A stretch of 64,000 nt of DNA from Lachnospiraceae bacterium (GTDB lineage Bacteria; Bacillota; Clostridia; Lachnospirales; Lachnospiraceae). Made by a program: the position numbers and the translations under genes. The stretch covers positions 3,849 to 67,848 of the forward strand of contig JAZQMK010000036.1 in assembly GCA_045543455.1 (NCBI GenBank), written 5' to 3'. The notes beneath the pieces were generated by a model. That model was not told where the DNA came from. It did no database searches and saw only the letters and a list, made by a program, of their open reading frames with translations. Within the stretch, counting starts at the first letter, position 1. Each line of letters starts with the position of its first letter. This document shows, piece by piece, positions 36,187 to 46,754 of this stretch.

Positions 36187-37089
36187 ATGGAATATGTTTT
36201 AAAGACAACAGAAATGACTAAAATTTATTCCGGGAAAAAAGTTGTCGATTCTGTGAATATGACTATTAAAAAAGGTGATATTTACGGCTTTATCGGCGAA
36301 AATGGAGCTGGTAAGACTACTATGATGAGAATGATAGTTGGACTTGCTAATGTAAGTAAAGGAGGCTTTACTTTATTTGAAAGTGATAATGCAGATGAAG
36401 GCAGACAAAAAATAGGCTGTGTTATTGAAAATCCCGCGCTATATCTTAACATGACAGCTAAGGATAATATAGAAGCTTTCAGAAGATTAAAGGGTATTGA
36501 TGATAAAAATATTGTTGATGAAGTATTGTCAATTGTAGGTCTAGAAGATACAGGTAAGAAAAAGGTTAAAAACTTTTCTCTTGGTATGAAGCAAAGACTT
36601 AGTATAGCAATAGCTATTCTTAATAAGCCAGAGTTTCTTATTCTTGATGAGCCTATCAATGGTCTTGATCCTACTGGTATTATTGAAGTAAGAGACCTTA
36701 TTCTAAAGTTAAACAAAGAAAATAATATGACTGTTATGGTTTCAAGTCATATTTTAGGTGAACTTTCCAAAGTGGCAACTCGCTATGGTGTTATTAGAAA
36801 GGGACAGTTAGTTGAGGAGTTTGCAGCGGAAGAATTAAGCGAAAAATGTAAGCAGCATATTGAAGTATGCGTTGAGGATGTGGAAAAAGCCAAGTCTATA
36901 CTTGAAAATGTTCTTAATATTAAGGATTACGAAGTTGCAGATAATACCATAAAGATTTTTACAGAGCTAGATAAGAGCGCGCAGATAAATATGACACTTT
37001 GCAAAAATGATGTTATGGTTAAGACTGTTGTGTTTGCAGGTAAGGATCTTGAAACATACTTTATTGAGACGATGGGAGGTAAGAGATAA
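36187..37089 (+). CDS. ABC transporter ATP-binding protein (ABC-2/bacitracin-type exporter)
   Basis: Walker A GENGAGKTT, signature FSLGMKQRL, Walker B ILDEP. Start at the ATG after AGGAGGAAAAGTA. Confidence 0.9.
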   Translation: MEYVLKTTEMTKIYSGKKVVDSVNMTIKKGDIYGFIGENGAGKTTMMRMIVGLANVSKGGFTLFESDNADEGRQKIGCVIENPALYLNMTAKDNIEAFRRLKGIDDKNIVDEVLSIVGLEDTGKKKVKNFSLGMKQRLSIAIAILNKPEFLILDEPINGLDPTGIIEVRDLILKLNKENNMTVMVSSHILGELSKVATRYGVIRKGQLVEEFAAEELSEKCKQHIEVCVEDVEKAKSILENVLNIKDYEVADNTIKIFTELDKSAQINMTLCKNDVMVKTVVFAGKDLETYFIETMGGKR

Positions 37090-38024
37090 TGAAAGATTTA
37101 ATTAAAATGGAGTTATTTAAATGGCGTAAAAGTAAATCTTTTGTTGTTTGCTCTATAATCGCTGTTGGTCTTATGATATTTGTTATTGCTACATTTGCAG
37201 CTTTAGGTGCTATGCTTGAGATTTTAGAAGAAGAAACAAAAGCACAGTTAGAAGCTGAGAAACCTGCGATGATTCAGGAATATGTAAATCAGGGTATGAC
37301 ACAGGAAGAAGCCGAGGCACAGGTAGAAAAAGATATGGCTTCAATGGAAGTTGTAGTAAGTGCAGAAATGGGTGGATTTGATGGTCAGAATCTTTTAGTT
37401 AATGGTGCTTACAATTCATCAGTACATATTTTAATAGCGATATTTGTTGCTTTGTTTACAACTGCAGAATTTTCATCAGGAACTATGAAGATTATGGTTG
37501 CTAGTGGTAAGGGCAGAAGTAAAATTTATCTGTCAAAGCTTTTAGTTAACAGTATAGCGGCAACAATTATGATGATATTACCGATTTTAGTTGGTGTTGC
37601 AGGTGGAACTCTTATATGGGGATTTTATCCTGAAAGTGGTGCTATAGCGGCTAAAACTGTAGTTTTATTGTTAGTGGCACAGTTTGTTTTGAATATTGCA
37701 ATTACAGCAATGTTTATGGCTGTTTCAATGATTTTCCGTTCTCTTGGTGCAGCTATTGCTTTGAATATAGCTATGTTCCAATTTTCAACAATAATTTTTG
37801 CATTGGCAGATGCATTAGTTGATTATGTTGTTAAGATGATGGAAATTGAAAAATTGAGTGTAAAACCATCGGAATTATGGATTATCAATGCATTTGTTAA
37901 TTCATCTATGCCGGCAAATTTCAAGATGGAAACATTTACAAGAAATATGATTCTTGGTGTAGTGTATTTTGTCGTATTTACAGTAATAGGACTTCTTGCA
38001 TTTAGAAAGAGAGATATAAAATAA
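37089..38024 (+). CDS. ABC-2 family transporter permease
   Basis: Six or more hydrophobic segments. ATGA-coupled to the ATPase gene. Confidence 0.75.
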   Translation: MKDLIKMELFKWRKSKSFVVCSIIAVGLMIFVIATFAALGAMLEILEEETKAQLEAEKPAMIQEYVNQGMTQEEAEAQVEKDMASMEVVVSAEMGGFDGQNLLVNGAYNSSVHILIAIFVALFTTAEFSSGTMKIMVASGKGRSKIYLSKLLVNSIAATIMMILPILVGVAGGTLIWGFYPESGAIAAKTVVLLLVAQFVLNIAITAMFMAVSMIFRSLGAAIALNIAMFQFSTIIFALADALVDYVVKMMEIEKLSVKPSELWIINAFVNSSMPANFKMETFTRNMILGVVYFVVFTVIGLLAFRKRDIK

Positions 38025-38827
38025 TGAGCTACAAAATAATAGCATTGGATTTAGACGGCACACTTGTTAATTCTAATAAGGAATTGACTGCTGCAACAAA
38101 AGATGCCCTTATAAAGGCACAGGAAAATGGCATAAAACTTGTATTGGCGTCAGGAAGACCTGTAAAAGGGATTCAGCCTTTGGCTGATGAATTAAAGCTT
38201 TCTAAGTATGGCGGATATATTTTATCTTTAAACGGAAGCTTTGTGCTTGACTGCAAAACTAAAGAGGTTATGTATGCCAATTATTTCCCTGATGAAATGA
38301 TTAAACCTATATGTGATTACGCAAAAGAACATAATGCAGCAGCCTTAAGTTATGACAACGAGCTTGTAATAACTGAAAAACCAGAAGATGAATATGTTAA
38401 GATTGAGGCCAAAATCAACAATATGGATATTAAAAAGGTTGATGATATGGTTAGCTATATCAATTACAAAATCAATAAGATTTTAGTGGTTGGCGAGCCT
38501 TGGTATATGGCTGAACTTACAAAGGATATGGTGGAAAGGTTTTCTACGAAGCTTGAAGTGTATCGTTCAGCACCATTTTTTATTGAAGTGGTTCCAAAGG
38601 GCGTAGATAAAGCGGAATCGCTTAAACGTCTGCTTGAAAAAATAGGAATGACAAGAGAAGAATTAATTGCATTTGGTGACGGATATAATGATGTATCAAT
38701 GATTAAATTTGCAGGTCTTGGAATTGCTATGAAAAATGGCTGTGAGGATATTCATGCTGTAGCTGATTATATAACAGCTTCTAATGATGAAGATGGTATA
38801 GCAAAAGCTCTCGAAAAGTTTGTATAG
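38024..38827 (+). CDS. Cof-type HAD-IIB phosphatase
   Basis: IALDLDGTL, ASGRP and GDGYNDVSM motifs. Confidence 0.9.
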   Translation: MSYKIIALDLDGTLVNSNKELTAATKDALIKAQENGIKLVLASGRPVKGIQPLADELKLSKYGGYILSLNGSFVLDCKTKEVMYANYFPDEMIKPICDYAKEHNAAALSYDNELVITEKPEDEYVKIEAKINNMDIKKVDDMVSYINYKINKILVVGEPWYMAELTKDMVERFSTKLEVYRSAPFFIEVVPKGVDKAESLKRLLEKIGMTREELIAFGDGYNDVSMIKFAGLGIAMKNGCEDIHAVADYITASNDEDGIAKALEKFV

Positions 38828-38875
38828 AATGTATAACATCATCATAAGATATAAAAAAACTTAAGGTGATGTAAA

Positions 38876-40075
38876 ATGAAAATAAGAATTATAATTGCAT
38901 TAACTGTTATGTCTATAATGGTTAATGCAATTTTTTTGTGTGAGTGTATGGGTGCAGAATTAGGTCTTTATGCAAAATATGCCTGTCTTATGGATGGTGA
39001 CAGTGGTAGAGTTATATACTCTAAAGAAGGGGAGGTTGCGGTACCAATAGCCAGTACAACTAAAATTTTAACCTGCATAATTGCTTTGGAAAATGGCAAT
39101 ATAAAAGATGTGGTAAAGGTTTCGAAATATGCCTCTACTATGCCTGATGTACAGCTTGGAATAAGAGAAAATGAAGAGTATTATTTAAAGGATTTGTTGT
39201 ATTCACTTATGCTTGAATCTCACAATGACAGCGCTGTGGCAATTGCAGAGCATATAAGTGGAAGTGTGGAAGAGTTTGCAAGTTTAATGAATGAAAAAGC
39301 TACTCAGATAGGATGTGTGGATGCTTATTTTATAACACCAAACGGTCTTGACAAGGAGGATGAAAATGGATGTCATAGGGCAAGCGCAATAGATGTTGCA
39401 AAGATAATGAGATATTGCATAACTAAGTCTCCAAAAGCAAAAGAATTTATTGAACTGACAAAAACACCATCATATACATTTTCAGAAGTGAATAAAAAAA
39501 GACATTTCAGTGTGTCTAATAAAAATGCTTTTCTTAATATGATGGATGGTGTAATAAGTGGAAAAACCGGTTTTACCAATGGCGCGGGATATTGCTATGT
39601 TACTGCTGTGAAGAAAGATAATAACATATATATTGCAGTGGTTTTAGCCTGTGGTTGGCCACCGCATAAAACCTACAAATGGTCTGATACTAAAAAGCTT
39701 ATAAAATACGGAATTACCAATTATAGAGAAATATATTTGCCTGATATGGAACTTGATAAAAATGTGTTTGGACCAGTGTGGGTAAAAGGTGCAAAAACTA
39801 ATAGAATTGATGAAAAAATATATGCTCAAATTGAAATAGTAAGTGATGCGAATAACGATAAGGTATTAGCTGAAAATGATGAAAAAATAGAAGTGAAATA
39901 TGAGATTAAAGAAAGTGTTACGGCGCCTGTTAAAAAAGGAACAATCATAGGTAATATAAAGTATTACATAGGAGGAAAATTGGTAAATGTCGATATGATT
40001 GTTATAGGCAAAAACTATGAAAAAAAGGATTTTAAATGGTGTTTGACCCAAGTGAAAAATGCTATGTTCTTTTAA
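38876..40075 (+). CDS. D-alanyl-D-alanine carboxypeptidase (PBP5/DacB-like, peptidase S11)
   Basis: Signal/TM segment. SxxK (ASTTK), SxN (SHND) and KTG (KTGFT) motifs in order. Confidence 0.9.
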   Translation: MKIRIIIALTVMSIMVNAIFLCECMGAELGLYAKYACLMDGDSGRVIYSKEGEVAVPIASTTKILTCIIALENGNIKDVVKVSKYASTMPDVQLGIRENEEYYLKDLLYSLMLESHNDSAVAIAEHISGSVEEFASLMNEKATQIGCVDAYFITPNGLDKEDENGCHRASAIDVAKIMRYCITKSPKAKEFIELTKTPSYTFSEVNKKRHFSVSNKNAFLNMMDGVISGKTGFTNGAGYCYVTAVKKDNNIYIAVVLACGWPPHKTYKWSDTKKLIKYGITNYREIYLPDMELDKNVFGPVWVKGAKTNRIDEKIYAQIEIVSDANNDKVLAENDEKIEVKYEIKESVTAPVKKGTIIGNIKYYIGGKLVNVDMIVIGKNYEKKDFKWCLTQVKNAMFF

Positions 40076-40172
40076 TGTATATTTACAATATTTTACTTGT
40101 TATTTATTGGATTTCGGTATATAATTATAATCGGCAGATTTTAGGAAATTATAATATATGGAGGTTGACATA

Positions 40173-41624
40173 ATGAGCAATACAACAAATTCTGCAAGTA
40201 ACAGAATTAAGATGTTACTTGATGAGAATAGCTTTGTTGAAATTGGTGCAATGGTTAAAGCCAGAGCTACAGATTTTAACATGCTAGACAAAGATACTCC
40301 TGCCGATGGTGTAATTACAGGATATGGAGTAATTGATGGCAGTCTTGTATATGTATACAGCCAGGATGCAAGTGTACTTAATGGTACTATAGGCGAGATG
40401 CATGCAAAGAAGATTGCAAAAATTTATGAATTAGCTATGAAGATGGGAGCGCCTGTTATTGGTCTTTTAGACTGTGCCGGTTTAAGACTTCAGGAAGCTA
40501 CTGATGCTCTTAATGCTTTTGGTGAAATTTATAAGCTTCAGGCATTAGCATCAGGTGTTATTCCACAGATTAGTGCTGTGTTTGGAACTTGTGGCGGTGG
40601 TTTGGCACTTTTCCCAGGTTTAACAGATTTCACATTTATGGAAGAAAAAAATGGTAAATTATTTGTAAACAGCCCTAATGCATTAGATGGCAATTACGAA
40701 TCAAAGTTAAACTCAGCTTCAGCAAAATTCCAAAGTGAAGAAAGCGGTCTTGTAGATTTTGCAGGTAGCGAAGCAGAAGTTTTTGCACAGATTAGACAAT
40801 TAGTTTCAATGCTTCCTGCCAACAATGAAGATGATATGTCTTATGATGTATGTGAAGATGACTTAAACAGATTATGTGATAATATCGTAGCAGAGGCTAA
40901 GGATGCAGCAATTATGCTTGCAGACATCTCTGATAATAATGTATTTTTCCAGACTAAGGCAGCTTATGCTAAGTCAATGGTTACAGGTTTCATTAAGTTA
41001 AATGGTACAACAGTTGGTGTTGTTGCTAACAGAACTGAGATGTATGATGAAGAAGGTAATGTGGCAGAAAAATTTGATTCAGTATTAACTCCAAGAGCTT
41101 GCGAAAAAGCTGCTGAATTTATTAATTTCTGTGACGCATTTAATATTCCGGTAGTTTCATTTACAAATGTTACAGGATTTGAAGCTACAGTATGCTCTGA
41201 AAAGAGAATTGCAAAGGCTGCTGCTAAATTAACATATGCATTTGCAAATGCAACTGTTCCTAAGGTTAATGTAATTGTAGGCGAAGCATTCGGCAGTGCA
41301 TATGTAACAATGAATTCTAAGGCTACAGGTGCTGATATGGTATTTGCTTGGCCACAGGCTTCAATTGGTATGATGGATGCTACTCAGGCAGCTAAGATTA
41401 TGTATAGTGAAGAATTAAAGGCTTCTGAAGATTTCAACAAAGAATTATCTGCTAAGGTAGCTTCGTATAAAGAGTTACAAGCAAGTGTAAATTCAGCAGC
41501 ACAAAGAGGATATGTAGATAGCATAATTGAGCCGGTTGAAACTAGAAAATATTTAATCGCTACATTAGAAATGTTATTTACAAAGAGAGAGAGCCGTCCA
41601 AGTAAGAAGCACGGTACAATATAA
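40173..41624 (+). CDS. Acyl-CoA carboxyltransferase, 12S type (methylmalonyl-/glutaconyl-CoA decarboxylase alpha-like)
   Basis: Carboxyl_trans patterns (VITGYG.IDG..V.VYSQD..V..G..GE.HA.KI, GGGLA, VVANR...). Start moved to the ATG at 40173 (GGAGG 8 nt upstream). Confidence 0.85.
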   Translation: MSNTTNSASNRIKMLLDENSFVEIGAMVKARATDFNMLDKDTPADGVITGYGVIDGSLVYVYSQDASVLNGTIGEMHAKKIAKIYELAMKMGAPVIGLLDCAGLRLQEATDALNAFGEIYKLQALASGVIPQISAVFGTCGGGLALFPGLTDFTFMEEKNGKLFVNSPNALDGNYESKLNSASAKFQSEESGLVDFAGSEAEVFAQIRQLVSMLPANNEDDMSYDVCEDDLNRLCDNIVAEAKDAAIMLADISDNNVFFQTKAAYAKSMVTGFIKLNGTTVGVVANRTEMYDEEGNVAEKFDSVLTPRACEKAAEFINFCDAFNIPVVSFTNVTGFEATVCSEKRIAKAAAKLTYAFANATVPKVNVIVGEAFGSAYVTMNSKATGADMVFAWPQASIGMMDATQAAKIMYSEELKASEDFNKELSAKVASYKELQASVNSAAQRGYVDSIIEPVETRKYLIATLEMLFTKRESRPSKKHGTI

Positions 41625-41641
41625 TAATGGAGGCTGAAAGC

Positions 41642-42442
41642 ATGAAGAAAAGATTATTTATTTTAGTATGCGTTATGGCCCTTGTACTGTCTATGTTTGG
41701 CTGTTCTGATTCTAATAAAAAAGAGAATTATGAATTATCTGCAGCTGAAAAGGTTGCAGTAGAGGATATGATTAAATCGTTCTTTAGCGAAACAGTAAGT
41801 CTGACAACAGATCAGCTTATTACTGAAAGAATTGATTTTTATGAAAAACAGATGAGCCAAAGCAATGACGCGTCTGCTAAAAAGACACTTTCAATACTTG
41901 TTAACACTTTGAAATCATGGCAGACCTCATATGAAGAGCTTGGTGTTTTTAAAGAAATTCTTGATGTAAAGGTTGCTTCAAATGAAGAAGCTATTACAGT
42001 AACAATTAAAGCACAGTTTGCTGACAGAAAGGCAGATTATGTATGTATTATGGCTGAAGATGAACCATCCGCTTCATTTAATCCTGAATATACTTTCAAT
42101 GAAAAGATGAAAAAAGCCGGTGTTAATACACTTTTAGGTATGGGAACTGTATTTACAGTACTTATAATAATAATTATTATTATCTCAATGTTAAAATATG
42201 TTAATGTATTTGCAAAAGGAGCACCAAAGAAAGAAAAAGTTACTGTATCAGACAGTGCCATTGATAATACAATAGCACAGATAGTTCAAAAAGAAGAAGA
42301 TTTATCTGATGATTTAGAACTTGTTGCAGTTATAACAGCAGCTATTACAGCATATGAAAGCAGTAAGGGTGGCAGCACAGAAGGTTTAGTAGTAAGAACA
42401 ATTAAAAAATCTAATAGAAGTAAATGGCAGAATGCTATGTAG
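41642..42442 (+). CDS. OadG-family decarboxylase gamma subunit fused behind a lipoprotein-type N-terminal domain
   Basis: Lipobox LSMFGC. A soluble region of about 140 aa. OadG-like TM VNTLLGMGTVFTVLIIIIIIISML. C-terminal ELVAVITAAI. Start at 41642 (GGAGG 8 nt upstream). Confidence 0.7.
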   Translation: MKKRLFILVCVMALVLSMFGCSDSNKKENYELSAAEKVAVEDMIKSFFSETVSLTTDQLITERIDFYEKQMSQSNDASAKKTLSILVNTLKSWQTSYEELGVFKEILDVKVASNEEAITVTIKAQFADRKADYVCIMAEDEPSASFNPEYTFNEKMKKAGVNTLLGMGTVFTVLIIIIIIISMLKYVNVFAKGAPKKEKVTVSDSAIDNTIAQIVQKEEDLSDDLELVAVITAAITAYESSKGGSTEGLVVRTIKKSNRSKWQNAM

Positions 42443-42453
42443 GAGGAAATTTT

Positions 42454-42849
42454 ATGAAGAATTATACAATTACAGTTAATGGCAACACATATGATGTTGT
42501 AGTAGAAGAAGGAGCATCAAGCGGTGTAGTAGCTCCAGTTGTTAAATCAGTAGCACCAGTTGCTAAACCAGTAGCAGCTCCAGCGGCAGCACCAGCACCA
42601 GCTGCTAAGGCTCCGGTTGCATCAGGTTCAAAGGGTTCAGTAGAAGTTAATTCACCAATGCCAGGTAAGATTTTAAAGGTTTCAGCAAGTGTAGGACAGG
42701 CAGTTAAGAAAGGTGATGTAATATTCGTTCTTGAAGCTATGAAAATGGAAAATGATATCGTTGCACCACAGGATGGTACAATCGCAAGTGTTGATGTATC
42801 AGCAGGTTCAAGTGTTGATACAGGTGACGTATTAGCTACATTAAACTAA
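42454..42849 (+). CDS. Biotin carboxyl carrier protein (1.3S-like)
   Basis: Ala/Pro-rich linker followed by the biotinylation motif EAMKMEN. Start at 42454 after AGGAGG. Confidence 0.9.
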   Translation: MKNYTITVNGNTYDVVVEEGASSGVVAPVVKSVAPVAKPVAAPAAAPAPAAKAPVASGSKGSVEVNSPMPGKILKVSASVGQAVKKGDVIFVLEAMKMENDIVAPQDGTIASVDVSAGSSVDTGDVLATLN

Positions 42850-42875
42850 TTGATTAACAATTTGGAGGTTTCAAG

Positions 42876-44027
42876 ATGAACGGAATTATGGAAACATTAG
42901 AAAACCTCATACATCAATCAGCGTTTTTTAATTTAACATGGGGCAACTATTTAATGGTATTTGTTGCATTTGTATTTTTATACCTTGCAATAAAAAAGGA
43001 ATATGAACCATTACTTTTAGTACCAATTTCCTTTGGTATGCTTTTAGTTAATTTATATCCTGATATCATGCTTAGTGCACATGATGCTGAAAATGGTGTA
43101 GGCGGTTTGTTACATTATTTTTACTTGTTGGATGAATGGAGTATTCTTCCTTCCCTTATCTTCTTAGGCGTAGGTGCCATGACAGACTTTGGTCCACTTA
43201 TTGCTAATCCAAAGAGCTTTTTATTAGGTGCTGCAGCACAGTTTGGTATTTTCGCAGCATACTTTATGGCTATTTTAATGGGCTTTAATGATAAGGCAGC
43301 GGCAGCTATCTCTATTATTGGTGGCGCTGATGGTCCGACATCAATTTTCCTAGCTGGTAAGCTTGGTCAGACAGAGTTTATGGGTCCAATTGCGGTTGCG
43401 GCGTACTCATATATGTCGTTAGTACCTATTATCCAGCCACCTATTATGAGATTATTAACAACTGAAAAAGAAAGAAAAATTAAGATGGAACAGTTAAGAC
43501 CTGTATCTAAGCTTGAGAAAATTTTATTCCCTATAGTTGTTACAACAGTAGTAGTGCTTATTTTACCTACAACTGCACCACTTGTTGGTATGTTGATGTT
43601 AGGTAACTTATTTAGAGAATCAGGTGTTGTTAAACAGCTTACAGAAACAGCTTCTAATGCACTTATGTACATAGTAGTTATTTTACTTGGTACATCAGTT
43701 GGTGCTACAACAAGCGCAGAAGCGTTCTTAAAGCTTACAACATTAAAGATTGTAGCTCTTGGTCTTATCGCATTTGCCTTTGGTACAGCTGCGGGTGTAC
43801 TATTTGGTAAGCTTATGTGTAAGATTACAGGCGGAAAGGTTAATCCGCTTATTGGTTCAGCAGGTGTTTCTGCGGTTCCTATGGCAGCCAGAGTATCACA
43901 AAAGGTTGGTGCGGAATCAGATCCTACTAACTTCTTGTTAATGCACGCTATGGGACCTAACGTTGCCGGAGTTATTGGTACAGCGGTTGCAGCAGGTACA
44001 TTTATGGCGATATTTGGTATTTCTTAA
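42876..44027 (+). CDS. Na+-translocating decarboxylase beta subunit (OadB/MmdB/GcdB family)
   Basis: Polytopic. Conserved [29 protein letters not shown] and [13 protein letters not shown] blocks. Confidence 0.9.
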   Translation: MNGIMETLENLIHQSAFFNLTWGNYLMVFVAFVFLYLAIKKEYEPLLLVPISFGMLLVNLYPDIMLSAHDAENGVGGLLHYFYLLDEWSILPSLIFLGVGAMTDFGPLIANPKSFLLGAAAQFGIFAAYFMAILMGFNDKAAAAISIIGGADGPTSIFLAGKLGQTEFMGPIAVAAYSYMSLVPIIQPPIMRLLTTEKERKIKMEQLRPVSKLEKILFPIVVTTVVVLILPTTAPLVGMLMLGNLFRESGVVKQLTETASNALMYIVVILLGTSVGATTSAEAFLKLTTLKIVALGLIAFAFGTAAGVLFGKLMCKITGGKVNPLIGSAGVSAVPMAARVSQKVGAESDPTNFLLMHAMGPNVAGVIGTAVAAGTFMAIFGIS

Positions 44028-44040
44028 GGAGGACATATAA

Positions 44041-45441
44041 ATGGCAAAACCAATTAAAATTACAGAAACAATATTGCGTGATGCTCACCAGTCACTTATT
44101 GCTACAAGAATGACAACAGAACAAATGTTACCTATCATCGACAAGATGGATAAGGTTGGTTATCATTCAGTAGAATGCTGGGGCGGTGCTACATTTGATG
44201 CATCACTTAGATTTTTAAAGGAAGATCCATGGGAAAGACTTAGAAAGTTAAGAGATGGATTTAAGAACACAAAATTACAGATGTTATTCAGAGGTCAGAA
44301 TATTTTAGGTTATAACCATTATTCAGATGATGTTGTTGAATACTTTGTTCAAAAGTCAATTGCAAATGGTATTGATATCATTCGTATTTTTGACTGCTTC
44401 AATGACCTTCGTAACTTAGAAACAGCTGTTAAGGCTGCTAACAAGGAAAATGGTCATGCTCAGATTGCATTATCATATACATTAGGTGATGCATATACAT
44501 TAGATTACTGGAAAGAAACAGCTAAAAAGATTGAAGATATGGGTGCGAACTCAATCTGTATCAAAGATATGGCAGGTTTATTATTACCATATAAGGCTAC
44601 AGAATTAGTAGAAGCGTTAAAGGCAGGAACAAACTTACCAATTCAGCTTCATACTCACTACACATCAGGTGTTGCTTCAATGACATATTTAAAGGCTGTA
44701 GAAGCTGGTGTAGATGTTATTGATACAGCTATGTCACCATTTGCTTTGGGTACTAGCCAGCCAGCTACAGAAGTTATGGTTGAGACATTTAAGGGAACTG
44801 AATATGATACTGGATTTGATCAGAACTTACTTGCTGAAATCGCTGATTACTTCAGACCAATGCAGGAAGAAGCATTAAAGACAGGTCTTTTAAATCCAAA
44901 GGTTATGGGTGTTAATATTAAGACTTTATTATATCAGGTACCAGGTGGTATGCTTTCTAACCTTGTATCACAGCTTAAGGATTTCAAGGCAGAAGATAAG
45001 TATTATGAAGTATTAGAAGAAATTCCAAATGTTCGTAAGGACTTTGGTGAACCACCACTTGTTACACCTTCATCACAGATTGTTGGTACACAGGCTGTAT
45101 TAAATGTAATCAATGGTGAAAGATACAAGATTGCAACTAAGGAATCTAAGAAGATTCTTTCAGGTGAATTTGGTCAGACAATTAAGCCATTTAACCCTGA
45201 AGTTCAAAAGAAATGTATTGGCGATGTAGAACCAATTACATGCAGACCGGCTGATTTAATCGAGCCACAGCTTGCAAAGTTTGAGAAGGAAGTTGCACAA
45301 TACAAGCAACAGGATGAAGACGTATTATCATACGCATTATTCCCAGCAGTAGCAACAGAATTCTTTAAATACAGAGAAGCACAACAGACAAAGGTTGATG
45401 CTAACGTTGCGGATAACGAAAATAAAGCATATCCGGTATAA
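44041..45441 (+). CDS. Oxaloacetate decarboxylase alpha / pyruvate carboxyltransferase 5S-type subunit (no biotinyl domain)
   Basis: ITETILRDAHQSL.ATRM, ECWGGATFD, IKDMAGLL and HTHYTSG motifs of the HMGL-like carboxyltransferase. At 466 aa it lacks a C-terminal biotin domain. Confidence 0.9.
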   Translation: MAKPIKITETILRDAHQSLIATRMTTEQMLPIIDKMDKVGYHSVECWGGATFDASLRFLKEDPWERLRKLRDGFKNTKLQMLFRGQNILGYNHYSDDVVEYFVQKSIANGIDIIRIFDCFNDLRNLETAVKAANKENGHAQIALSYTLGDAYTLDYWKETAKKIEDMGANSICIKDMAGLLLPYKATELVEALKAGTNLPIQLHTHYTSGVASMTYLKAVEAGVDVIDTAMSPFALGTSQPATEVMVETFKGTEYDTGFDQNLLAEIADYFRPMQEEALKTGLLNPKVMGVNIKTLLYQVPGGMLSNLVSQLKDFKAEDKYYEVLEEIPNVRKDFGEPPLVTPSSQIVGTQAVLNVINGERYKIATKESKKILSGEFGQTIKPFNPEVQKKCIGDVEPITCRPADLIEPQLAKFEKEVAQYKQQDEDVLSYALFPAVATEFFKYREAQQTKVDANVADNENKAYPV

Positions 45442-45453
45442 TATGTATTTTAT

Positions 45454-45486
45454 AAGGCGAAATGCATTTATGCGTTTCGCCTTTTA
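45454..45486 (+). terminator. Rho-independent terminator after the decarboxylase operon
   Basis: 13-bp stem aaggcgaaatgca / tgcgtttcgcctt (one G-U pair), then TTT. Confidence 0.8.
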
Positions 45487-45503
45487 AGATAGGATGGAAT
45501 TAT

Positions 45504-46727
45504 ATGAAAGTAATAGTTATTGGTGGCGGCGCCGCAGGCTGTATGGCTGCGATTACTGCCGCAAGAAATGGACATAAGGTAAAACTTATAGAAAAGAATG
45601 AGAAAATCGGAAAAAAATTATATATAACAGGTAAAGGTCGTTGTAACATAACAAATGCATGTGCTACAGAAGATTTATTTGCTTCAATTACAAGTAATCC
45701 TAAGTTTTTATATAGTGCTTATAATGAATTTACAAATTGGGATACAATTGGATTTTTTGAGGAGTTAGGACTTAGAACTAAGATAGAGCGTGGAGACAGA
45801 GTATTTCCAGAAAGCGATAAATCTTCAGATGTAATTACTGCTTTATCAAGAGAAATTAGAAATTTGGGCATTGATATACTATATAATACCACTGTAAAGC
45901 AGGTTGTAACAGCAGATGGTACATTTTCATATGTGGTAACATCAAAGGGCGAAAAGCTATATGCAGATAAGCTTATTGTTGCAACAGGTGGACTTTCATA
46001 TCCAAGCACCGGCTCTACCGGAGATGGATATGAATTTGCAAAGGCATGTGGACATAATATTACAGCACTATACCCATCGTTAGTGCCGTTTAATGTAAAA
46101 GAAGCTTATGCAAGACAATTGCAGGGCTTAAGCCTTAAAAATATTGAGATAAGAATTTTAGATAATGAAAAAGAAGTATATAGAGAGTTTGGCGAAATGC
46201 TGTTTACACATTTTGGTGTAAGCGGACCGGTTATAATAAGTGCAAGCAGCTATATTGCACCAATACTTCGTAAAAAAACTCTTAAATTAATTATAGATTT
46301 AAAGCCTGCTCTTACGTTTGAACAATTAGATTTGCGTATATTAAGAGATTTTGAGGAGTTTAAAAATAAGCAGTTTAAAAATTCATTAGATAAGCTGTTA
46401 CCATCAAAATTAATTAGTGTAATTATAGAACGCAGTGGTATTTCTCCTGAAAAAAAGGTTAATGAAATATCTAAGACTCAAAGAGAAAATTTGGTAAAGC
46501 TTATTAAAGGCTTTGAATTGACACTTACAGGCCTTAGAGATTATAATGAAGCTATCATTACAAAGGGTGGAATTGATGTAAAGCAGATTAATCCTAAAAC
46601 AATGGAATCAAAATTAATTAAAGATATATATTTTGTCGGAGAAGTGCTTGATTTAGATGCACTTACCGGTGGACATAATTTGCAGATAGCCTGGGCTACA
46701 GGTTATGTTGCGGGACTACTTAAGTAG
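45504..46727 (+). CDS. FAD-dependent oxidoreductase, HI0933/BaiN family
   Basis: MKVIVIGGGAAGCMAA dinucleotide fold, GKKLYITGKGRCNITN, GEVLDLDALTGG.N. The ORF-track start at 45462 lies inside the terminator, so the ATG at 45504 is used. Confidence 0.85.
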   Translation: MKVIVIGGGAAGCMAAITAARNGHKVKLIEKNEKIGKKLYITGKGRCNITNACATEDLFASITSNPKFLYSAYNEFTNWDTIGFFEELGLRTKIERGDRVFPESDKSSDVITALSREIRNLGIDILYNTTVKQVVTADGTFSYVVTSKGEKLYADKLIVATGGLSYPSTGSTGDGYEFAKACGHNITALYPSLVPFNVKEAYARQLQGLSLKNIEIRILDNEKEVYREFGEMLFTHFGVSGPVIISASSYIAPILRKKTLKLIIDLKPALTFEQLDLRILRDFEEFKNKQFKNSLDKLLPSKLISVIIERSGISPEKKVNEISKTQRENLVKLIKGFELTLTGLRDYNEAIITKGGIDVKQINPKTMESKLIKDIYFVGEVLDLDALTGGHNLQIAWATGYVAGLLK

Positions 46728-46754
46728 CATCATCAGATTAGGAGGAAATGTAAA

